A DNA stretch of 64,000 bases from a virus, in the IMG/VR virus record IMGVR_UViG_3300026484_000110; one strand, written 5' to 3'. Positions 10,151 through 17,749 of the stretch are shown piece after piece. Both the position numbers and the translations under genes were made by a program. The number at the start of each line of letters is the position of its first letter. Position 1 is the stretch's first letter. Below the pieces are notes generated by a model that was not told the origin of the DNA, ran no database searches, and was given only the letters and a program-made list of their open reading frames with translations.

Positions 10151-11938
10151 CCATTGACTACCCGTTAAACTTAATAAATTTTATTATTATGACTCCTTAT
10201 ATTGAATATTTAAAAAAGGAGTTAAGAATGAAAACAAAAATCAAAAAACAATTTATAAAATACCCAGAGATTCACAAATACCCAAAAGGTTTAGAATGGT
10301 TAAAGGATGCTATAAAATACGTTCCTGCCAAAATAAGACAAGGCAATGGTCCGTATGAAATAGTTCGCATACCGATGTTTGACGCACCTGTTGTATTTTG
10401 CAGTATAAAAACAAGAAAAGAATATGCTGTTGTCCCAATAGCGCCTAGATATGTCGTGGATAAAGTTGGTAATGTTTATGACCTACTAACAAAAACCAAA
10501 CTAAAAACACATGGTCATAACAGCGAATATGAATATGTCGTAATCACAACACAAACACATCCCCAGTACAGAACAACGGTGCACCGCCTTATGGCTTATG
10601 CGTGGTTACCAAACAACGACTTTGTTACAGATTACATTGTGGACCATAAAAATAATGACAAAAAGGACAATCGTTTAGAAAACATTCACTGGACTACTAT
10701 GGAACAGAATTCTGCTAACGTACATAGTAGAACAAACCTAAAATTAGGTATGTATGTGTTAACAAATGTGCTAGATAAAAAGATATGGTTTTGCGATAAC
10801 TTAAACAGAGTGAGTGAAATATTAGGATTGAGTAAATCCACCATATCCGAGAAAAAGACACCATCTTGGTTTAACAAGACATCTAATTCAGAGACAGAAC
10901 CTGATGAGTTATATTATCTAACAGATGACAATAGTTACAGACAATATCTCATGGATCCCAGTTTAATAGATTTACCATGGGGTGTGATTGTTAAAAACAA
11001 GGAAACTGGTGAATTAGAGTTCTATAACAATAAGACTAAATTATGGAGAAAATTGACTGGTGAAAAAGGATACTTATATAAAGATTCTGACTTATTGGAC
11101 GTCTTAAAAGACCATGAAAAGTATGAGTTATTTAAACTACACAAAAAGCAGTCTAAGGAACCAGTGAAAGTCAAAAACTTGGTTACAGGTGAAGTAAAAG
11201 AATTTAATGGTATAAAACCGGCTAAAAAGCTTTTAAAGATAAGTACTACTAAGTTAGCAGAATTTCTAAACGATGACAAGTGTTATAACATAAATGGCTG
11301 GGTGCTATGGAAAAATGGTAAATGGTGTATGGATGACTTAATTAATTATAGTAGAAATACACCTGTATTGGTAGAATTTAAAGATGGAACAAAAAAGGAA
11401 TTCAATGGTATACGGGAGGCAGCTAGACATCTTAATGTAAATCAAAAGACTATTATTAACTTTATGAAAGGTAAGAATGCTCCTATAATAGATTCTCTGG
11501 GTATTAAAAGAATTGTTAAAGTTTAACGGGTCGAGGTCACCCTAGGGTAGTAATACTCTAGCAAAATACTCCCCTAACTGCGGGAACCGTGTAAAAGCTA
11601 TGGCTACCACTCATACCGGGAAACCGAGTATGATACTCATCCCAGTAATGGAGGTGATGAGCATGGTGAAAACGTCATAGTGTTGCGGGATCGACGCAGC
11701 GAAGTCCCTACGTCTTCTATAGATATGGGATATGTTCAGAGGCCACCGAAAGCTGCGACTATGTCGAAAGACATAGTAATAGTGAGGGTAAGGTAAGACT
11801 GCCCGCTGGTAGTGTGACTACTGGTAAAGCGAGTAGGGTACCATCTATATAGATGGGAAACGGGGAGCATCCGACTGCCTAAGGGATGAATTGTCCTATG
11901 GTAAGGGATGAAGATATGGTCCGGGTACAATGTACTCG
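10151..11938 (+). mobile_element. group I intron 1 of nvRNAP beta' (1788 nt) carrying an HNH homing endonuclease gene
   Basis: IGS GUCGAG-GUCACC (11530-11541) complementary to ligated exons GGUGAU|UUCGAC; P AACUGCGGGAA; R UUCAGAGGCCA; S AAGAUAUGGUCC; terminal G11938. Confidence 0.9.
10228..11526 (+). CDS. intron-encoded HNH homing endonuclease with NUMOD1/IENR1-like DNA-binding repeats
   Basis: VHRLMAYAW..VDHKNNDKKDNRLENIHW..N HNH motif; about four C-terminal NUMOD1-like units; RBS AAGGAG favours ATG10228 over 10189. Confidence 0.9.
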   Translation: MKTKIKKQFIKYPEIHKYPKGLEWLKDAIKYVPAKIRQGNGPYEIVRIPMFDAPVVFCSIKTRKEYAVVPIAPRYVVDKVGNVYDLLTKTKLKTHGHNSEYEYVVITTQTHPQYRTTVHRLMAYAWLPNNDFVTDYIVDHKNNDKKDNRLENIHWTTMEQNSANVHSRTNLKLGMYVLTNVLDKKIWFCDNLNRVSEILGLSKSTISEKKTPSWFNKTSNSETEPDELYYLTDDNSYRQYLMDPSLIDLPWGVIVKNKETGELEFYNNKTKLWRKLTGEKGYLYKDSDLLDVLKDHEKYELFKLHKKQSKEPVKVKNLVTGEVKEFNGIKPAKKLLKISTTKLAEFLNDDKCYNINGWVLWKNGKWCMDDLINYSRNTPVLVEFKDGTKKEFNGIREAARHLNVNQKTIINFMKGKNAPIIDSLGIKRIVKV

Positions 11939-11947
11939 TTCGACGGT
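11939..11947 (+). CDS. rpoC: 9-nt micro-exon (TTC GAC GGT = F-D-G) of nvRNAP beta'
   Basis: Lies between terminal G of intron 1 and P1 of intron 2; completes NGD-FDG-DEMN. Confidence 0.9.
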
Positions 11948-12363
11948 TAATGTTGGCTGTCCTAGAGTAGGAATACTCTAGTCAAAAACCCTCCTAATTG
12001 CGGAGACATCCTAAAGCTAACGAGTACTAACTTATCTGGGAAACTAGATAAGGGCATGGAGAGGCGAGTGCTCCATGGTATAGTAAAAAGCTCGTTAGTA
12101 TGGGACAATCCGCAGCGAAGCACCTACGTCCTATTGGATATGGTGTGTGTTCAACGACTGTCGAAAGGATAGCTATTCTGGAAACGGAATAGTGAAAACC
12201 GAGTAGAGTAGGACTCAAGTGAGTTCGAAACGGAGGGCACCCGACTGCCTAAGGGATAAAATATCCTATGGTAAAGGGTGATGGTGTAGTCTGGTCTCTA
12301 GTGAAAGCTAGAGCTGCGGGTAATGCCGCGGGACAGGAGTAACGACCCTGTCTGAACATCACG
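11948..12363 (+). ncRNA. group I intron 2 of nvRNAP beta' (416 nt, no ORF)
   Basis: P1 GACGGU/GCUGUC with U.G; P AAUUGCGGAG; Q AAUCCGCAGC; R UUCAACGACUG; S GGUGUAGUCU; terminal G12363 before GAC GAG ATG AAT. Confidence 0.9.
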
Positions 12364-12585
12364 GACGAGATGAATGCCACAATATTGCTAGACAATGAAA
12401 TGGTGAGACTAGCAGATACATTTAGTCCTGAGTTCAATATTGTGGATTTAGATTATTTTAAGGTAAATAAAAATCTATATCTACCATCTAGTATTATTGC
12501 TACGTTATCTAATTATTTACATAATGAAGATAACAATAAGGTAGATAAAGATCCAGTATTTGAAAAATTGGTATCTACGGGTTAA
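12364..12585 (+). CDS. rpoC: nvRNAP beta' N-terminal part, exon 3
   Basis: Begins DEMN, the usual continuation of DFDGD; in frame with track ORF 12370..12585. Confidence 0.88.
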   Translation, partial: DEMNATILLDNEMVRLADTFSPEFNIVDLDYFKVNKNLYLPSSIIATLSNYLHNEDNNKVDKDPVFEKLVSTG

Positions 12586-12598
12586 ATCTCGTAGATAC
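12571..12598 (+). terminator. hairpin overlapping stop codon
   Basis: GTATCTACGGG/CTCGTAGATAC. Confidence 0.55.
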
Positions 12599-12627
12599 TA
12601 TGTCTAACTTTGACTTAAGGAGGGAAT

Positions 12628-12771
12628 ATGGTAAAATTAGAAGATTTTTTAAAAAGACTGAAAAAACGAAGAATAAAGAATAGAAAAATAAAAGAATGGT
12701 TAGTTAGGACAAAATGTCCAAAAGACGAAGATTATTTTACAAAAGGTGAATTTAAAAATATTACTAAGTAA
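12628..12771 (+). CDS. small basic protein (47 aa)
   Basis: AAGGAGG RBS; MVKLEDFLKRLKKRRIK...; below the ORF-track cutoff. Confidence 0.6.
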   Translation: MVKLEDFLKRLKKRRIKNRKIKEWLVRTKCPKDEDYFTKGEFKNITK

Positions 12772-12792
12772 GAATATTCCAAGGAGTCTAAG

Positions 12793-13839
12793 ATGAAATG
12801 TAAAATTGATTTTAATGTCCAACCAATATTTGATACTGAAGAACTAGCTAAGGTCTATTACGAAACAGATGTATTAGCTAAAGGCAATTTTACTATAATA
12901 CCTGATTTAGGTAAATTAATTGTCTTAAAGAACGAATGGAATACCGGGGATACATTTGATTTATTCAAGTATCCCTGTATATTTAAAGATGAAAATGGTA
13001 ATTGTTTAATAGGTAAATATAAGCCTCAATTCTGTAAAAGTGTAGAAAACAGATTAGAGAATAACATGGACGTTAAAGATACAATAATTGAGGAACTAAA
13101 CGATATAGATAAAAATATACCATTGATTACAAATCTAAAGAATAGCAAGCACTTAAGAATCATAAAACCATTTACAAAACATGACCTCAAGGATTTGAAA
13201 TGGAATAGCGTAATCTATTATCTGGTATATTGTTTCCAAAGAGTGAATATTGGAAAACTGGATATAGGATTAAAAACAGATTATGAATATGTATTAGTAT
13301 TTATAAAAGAAAAAAATAAAAAACGTGTAACTGCTATTAGGTTGTTAAATGTAGATTGCGAAAATGAGTTTTTAAAACCTTATATAAAAATATATAACAA
13401 ATTGAATAAGTACAGTGTATTAAAAGACTATGACTATATCCAGTTAATAATGAACAGATTAAACAGATTATTAAACGGTATCTCGTTTACAGAAATACCG
13501 GAAGAGATATTAAAGAAATCACCTATAGAAAAGGAAAAGAGAGACGAACTAATAAAATTTGTTTATTGGTTAGTCTTGATACAAAAAATGATAACAGAAT
13601 TTAAAATACCATTCATCAGTAGGTATTTAAGAGAGATAGAAAATGATAGTAAAATGCTATTATTTTTAGCCATATATTACTTATATGAAGCCTTGACTGA
13701 TGAGAAATTAGAACTAAAATCTAAAGAAGAAATTACTATAAATGACTTAATACCAAAAAATAAATACGTAGAAGAGGTATTAAGTATTATAGATAAAATA
13801 GCTAGTAGTACGTTAAAGGCATTTATTATGCAGAAATAA
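12793..13839 (+). CDS. hypothetical protein with Cys motif resembling the YkgJ/UPF0153 metal-chelating family
   Basis: PCIFKDENGNCLIGKYKPQFCK; RBS AAGGAG. Confidence 0.5.
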   Translation: MKCKIDFNVQPIFDTEELAKVYYETDVLAKGNFTIIPDLGKLIVLKNEWNTGDTFDLFKYPCIFKDENGNCLIGKYKPQFCKSVENRLENNMDVKDTIIEELNDIDKNIPLITNLKNSKHLRIIKPFTKHDLKDLKWNSVIYYLVYCFQRVNIGKLDIGLKTDYEYVLVFIKEKNKKRVTAIRLLNVDCENEFLKPYIKIYNKLNKYSVLKDYDYIQLIMNRLNRLLNGISFTEIPEEILKKSPIEKEKRDELIKFVYWLVLIQKMITEFKIPFISRYLREIENDSKMLLFLAIYYLYEALTDEKLELKSKEEITINDLIPKNKYVEEVLSIIDKIASSTLKAFIMQK

Positions 13840-13849
13840 GGAGTCCAAA

Positions 13850-14461
13850 ATGGCTGTAATTTTAACCGGGGATATTGACCCTAATATAGTAGCAGATCTA
13901 GCTATATCTGCAGCACAACCACCTGATGTGCTAAATTATTTTAGACACAATTATGAACAGTTTACACAAATGGCTAGTAATTTATCCAGTAGTTTTAGAC
14001 AAAGGGTAGATCAAATTGTAAATTATTTCAATAACAACAGCATAATACAAAAGGCAAAAGAAATTATTGCTAGAAGTACTAATACTGTGTTTAACGATAG
14101 AGTCTATAGTGTAACTTGGGATACGATACATGATGCGGGTTATTTAATGCGAGAGTATATTCTAGCAGAGCCAACTATGTTTAACATGTATATGAATAAT
14201 AGATTGGATGGTTGGATGGATGAAGTATTTGTTCCGGAACAAACTACTGATCCAAAATGGAGAGATGATTATCTATTTGCAATTGATGGAATAATGAGAT
14301 TCGAAAATGAGGATGCAATAATTACACAATGTAGTCTAGAAGTGGATAATCCATTTAATATTACTGAAAGACTAATTATCCAAGATGCTTGGGAAGTAGG
14401 ATTAACTAAAATAGCAGCAGGAATAGATCCTACTAATCCAGATAAAGATAATAAGATATAG
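13850..14461 (+). CDS. probable conserved chimallivirus core protein (203 aa)
   Basis: MREYILAEP..Y...LDGW..DY..AIDG..DPT pattern resembles a conserved phiKZ-like gene found downstream of nvRNAP beta'. Confidence 0.55.
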   Translation: MAVILTGDIDPNIVADLAISAAQPPDVLNYFRHNYEQFTQMASNLSSSFRQRVDQIVNYFNNNSIIQKAKEIIARSTNTVFNDRVYSVTWDTIHDAGYLMREYILAEPTMFNMYMNNRLDGWMDEVFVPEQTTDPKWRDDYLFAIDGIMRFENEDAIITQCSLEVDNPFNITERLIIQDAWEVGLTKIAAGIDPTNPDKDNKI

Positions 14462-14484
14462 ACGGGTTAATATCCTGTCTATAT
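14456..14484 (+). terminator. intrinsic terminator
   Basis: ATATAGACGGG/CCTGTCTATAT plus T tract. Confidence 0.75.
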
Positions 14485-14536
14485 TTCTTTTTTATTATAG
14501 AATACTACTATGAAAAATTACATATAAGGAGAAATA

Positions 14537-14908
14537 ATGGAGAATATTTTAGACTTAGGTTATTCAATTATTAGAAATAAAAAAGTACCCGATTTTAAAA
14601 ACAGAGCTGATAAGTTTAAAAAAGGTTTAGCAATAACTATAGCGACATTCGACACATTGCATATAGTTGAAAAACCAAATGAGAATGATAAAGCTGAATA
14701 TGAAGATTGTAGAAAAGATGCAATCATAGGTTTGCGTATATTACAAGATATGTTTCCTATGTTAGAATATTTTAATACAATCTATACAGAAAAAATTAAA
14801 TTAGATAAAATGTCTGAAAATGATTTTAAAATCCTATATGATACTCTAGTAAGCTTAGAAACATTATTAAGAAATCTATACAATACTGAAATAAAAAAGG
14901 AGAAATAG
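14537..14908 (+). CDS. hypothetical protein (123 aa)
   Basis: ORF with AAGGAG RBS. Confidence 0.75.
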   Translation: MENILDLGYSIIRNKKVPDFKNRADKFKKGLAITIATFDTLHIVEKPNENDKAEYEDCRKDAIIGLRILQDMFPMLEYFNTIYTEKIKLDKMSENDFKILYDTLVSLETLLRNLYNTEIKKEK

Positions 14909-15498
14909 TGAAATTAGATAAAAACACTCTCGATATTTTGTTAGATGATTTAGGTTTAGATAAACTAACAGTATTATTAAAAAACATAGATAAAGGACTA
15001 GAGGTCAGAAGTATTACACTTTATGAAGATTCAACAATACAAGTTAGAATTTATAGAACAGTAAAAAGAATAGAAAATGAATATTTAAGATTACAATTTG
15101 ATTTATTGGGTAAAAATAAAACAAAAATCAGAACAAGCGATATGGAGTATTTTGATTACGTGGAACTAGATGAATTAAACAAAATTATAGACTGCATTTA
15201 TGGGTTTTTAGATAAAGAATTAAATAGAGATACATTAAGTACAATAATAAACTTTATGAAAGAATTAAACTCGCATAACAAATTAGAGACTCTAGGTGAA
15301 AAATTTAAAATACAAAATGAAAAATTCTTTAAAAAAGGTAAAAACACATCAGTAATTAAATTATGGAAAAAAGATAGACCATATGTCAGCGAATTTAAAC
15401 ACCTATTAAAAGGATGGTTAAGCGGTACAGTAAAACTAACAGATAAAAAGAAAGAAGAAAAAGTACAAGTAATAATTAAAGAAGAGGGAGAGGAATAA
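14908..15498 (+). CDS. hypothetical protein (196 aa)
   Basis: GTG start coupled to upstream stop; AAGGAG RBS. Confidence 0.75.
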   Translation: MKLDKNTLDILLDDLGLDKLTVLLKNIDKGLEVRSITLYEDSTIQVRIYRTVKRIENEYLRLQFDLLGKNKTKIRTSDMEYFDYVELDELNKIIDCIYGFLDKELNRDTLSTIINFMKELNSHNKLETLGEKFKIQNEKFFKKGKNTSVIKLWKKDRPYVSEFKHLLKGWLSGTVKLTDKKKEEKVQVIIKEEGEE

Positions 15499-15524
15499 TC
15501 CTCTAGCCTCTATTTGTTTTTATT

Positions 15525-15537
15525 TATATATTACTAA
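15525..15537 (+). promoter_or_regulatory. phage early promoter motif
   Basis: TATATATTACTAA followed by a 5' hairpin. Confidence 0.75.
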
Positions 15538-15592
15538 TAAGAAGAGCCCTTAGAGGGCATAGTAAACAAAAAATCTAATTAAAGGAGAAAAG

Positions 15593-16201
15593 ATGGAAAT
15601 AAAAAGTATTAAAGAAATTTATGAAAAATCAGGACTTACTTATAATCCTGACAAACTTACAAATTGGATAGACGAGATCAAAAGAGGACTAGAGAATGAA
15701 GATGATTTTTTTATGGAAAAACCGGATGTATGGAAAAAAGAATTAGAAGATATGGAAAAAAGATTAGAAATGATTAAAAAACATAAATACTATACTCCAT
15801 ATTATATAACCTATTTTCATAGAGCGCGATTAGTAGATCACGCTCCTGACTATATCAAAAAAGACGCTGTTATTCATCCAACTAGGAGATGGGGTGTTTT
15901 AGCAAAAAATACCCCATTTCATTATTCTGATGGAGTATATAGTAGAGCTGGGAAAACATTTCCGTATATCCGTAATTCAGAATATACAGAACTATTTAAT
16001 AACAGAAAAGAACAGATAGTTGGTCTCTATAAATTTCTATTGGAAAAAACCATCATCGAGCCAAAAGACTTTGAAATAGAAGAAAACGATAATGTAATTT
16101 TAATTTATCCAAAAGATAAAAAAGGATTGTTCATTGGTAAAAAAGGAATAAATGTGAAATTTGTTGGAGAAGCCATAGGGAAAAAAGTAATTATAAAATA
16201 A
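15593..16201 (+). CDS. protein with C-terminal KH RNA-binding domain
   Basis: KGLFIGKKGINVKFVGEAIGKKVII carries the KH GxxG loop. Confidence 0.65.
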   Translation: MEIKSIKEIYEKSGLTYNPDKLTNWIDEIKRGLENEDDFFMEKPDVWKKELEDMEKRLEMIKKHKYYTPYYITYFHRARLVDHAPDYIKKDAVIHPTRRWGVLAKNTPFHYSDGVYSRAGKTFPYIRNSEYTELFNNRKEQIVGLYKFLLEKTIIEPKDFEIEENDNVILIYPKDKKGLFIGKKGINVKFVGEAIGKKVIIK

Positions 16202-16213
16202 AGGAGAAAAAGA

Positions 16214-16672
16214 ATGGAGCAAGCAAAACAAAGAATAGCTTGGTTGGAATACCTAGTTAATCTAGGAAACCAAGCTATAAATAAAGCAAGAATGAAGATT
16301 GATAATTTAATAAAAGAAAAAGAGAATCTTTTACAACAATGGGAAAAAACTATGAAAGAACTTAAACATTGGAAAGAACAAGCAAGTATTTATCTTAAAA
16401 AATATCAAGATGAAAAACTAAGAAACATTGCCCTGGAAAGAGAGAACAAAGCTTTAAAAGCTCTACTAACTGAACTAAAAGTGGAGCTAGATAAAAAACC
16501 ACTTGTTAAAGAAAAAATAATAGAGGTCGAAAAACCGATTATAAAAGAAATCATTCGTGAGGTCGGGGTAGAAAAAGAAAATGTTTTAAACAATACAGTT
16601 GAAACATCTTTCGATATAAAATTAAAAGATGTTAGAGATTGTTTAAAACAAAAATTTGAAAAGTATGCATAA
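16214..16672 (+). CDS. coiled-coil hypothetical protein
   Basis: K/E/L heptad pattern; RBS AAGGAG. Confidence 0.7.
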   Translation: MEQAKQRIAWLEYLVNLGNQAINKARMKIDNLIKEKENLLQQWEKTMKELKHWKEQASIYLKKYQDEKLRNIALERENKALKALLTELKVELDKKPLVKEKIIEVEKPIIKEIIREVGVEKENVLNNTVETSFDIKLKDVRDCLKQKFEKYA

Positions 16673-16682
16673 AGGAGAATAA

Positions 16683-17234
16683 ATGAATAAAATAATAATT
16701 ACCTTTTTTCTTGGTTTTTCTTTTTTATTAAGTTTTAATCATGGTAGTAGAAAAAATATAAAACATGATACTAAATTAATCCAAGAATACAAATATGAAC
16801 TAACTCGTTTAAGCCCGTTACAACAATACTGGATGAATTTACTATATACTAGATGTAGTAAGTACGGTCTGAGTTATACGTGCGTGGCAATAGCTTGGGA
16901 AGAAACCAAGTTTAATAAATGGGCATTTAATCCACTAACAAAGGATTATGGTCTTATGGGTATAAATTTATATTGGTATATGCTAGATAACAATTTACCA
17001 TGGAAGAATAGATATAAACGCATTGAAGCCGCCACCAGATTGATTAAAGATGATGAATATAATATTCAATACGCCATATCTAAACTATTGAAACTAAAAC
17101 AAGAAGAAAACGGTGATTGGATCAGAATATGGGGTAGATATAACGGTGGTAGTAAACCAAATTACCATTATGCCAATCATATTTTAAATAGAATAATAGC
17201 TTTTAAGCAATGGAAAAAATCTATACATAGATAG
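16683..17234 (+). CDS. SLT-family lytic transglycosylase with N-terminal signal/TM segment
   Basis: AIAWEET, YGLMGIN, NIQYA, RYNGG motifs; hydrophobic N-terminus. Confidence 0.8.
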   Translation: MNKIIITFFLGFSFLLSFNHGSRKNIKHDTKLIQEYKYELTRLSPLQQYWMNLLYTRCSKYGLSYTCVAIAWEETKFNKWAFNPLTKDYGLMGINLYWYMLDNNLPWKNRYKRIEAATRLIKDDEYNIQYAISKLLKLKQEENGDWIRIWGRYNGGSKPNYHYANHILNRIIAFKQWKKSIHR

Positions 17235-17252
17235 ACCGTGTGGTCTATCTAT
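17227..17252. terminator. bidirectional terminator between convergent genes
   Basis: ATAGATAGACC/GGTCTATCTAT. Confidence 0.75.
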
Positions 17253-17731
17253 TTCTTTTTATTTTCATCTATTAAATACTGAATATATGTAACTAAAATT
17301 CCTAAATTAAGAAATGAGTCTTTTTTAGACTTAACGCGTAAAACATCCAACATCGGACTAACTATAATATCAAACTCATCTTCAAAAATATTAGACAATT
17401 TTACTATTTTTCTAAGTATTTTATCAGGATTTTTAAGAAGTTCATTATTTAGATTATTAAAAGAAATACCATTAAACACCTCGTAACACTTGCGTCGACG
17501 ATTGGCTTCTTCTATTTCTTTAACAAAATTAAGTAATAACTTAAATTTCTTTATATCTTTTTTATCGCATAACAAAAAACAATTTTGCCCTATCATAGAT
17601 AGTTTTTTAAACATCTTTTTTAGTAACTTAAAATATCTTTTTTCTACATCTATGAAGTCTTCTGTTATTATTTTTAATTTATTACTACAGTTTTTCACCT
17701 TGCATACATAGATACGTACAATATCACACAT
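17249..17731 (-). CDS. hypothetical protein (160 aa)
   Basis: AAAGGAG RBS; downstream of terL. Confidence 0.75.
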   Translation of the reverse strand: MCDIVRIYVCKVKNCSNKLKIITEDFIDVEKRYFKLLKKMFKKLSMIGQNCFLLCDKKDIKKFKLLLNFVKEIEEANRRRKCYEVFNGISFNNLNNELLKNPDKILRKIVKLSNIFEDEFDIIVSPMLDVLRVKSKKDSFLNLGILVTYIQYLIDENKKK

Positions 17732-17749
17732 GTTGACTCCTTTAATAAT

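Noticed and set aside
11736-12437. Three short minus-strand ORFs (11736, 12027, 12249)
   Set aside because: Antisense to ribozyme cores; no RBS or protein motifs.
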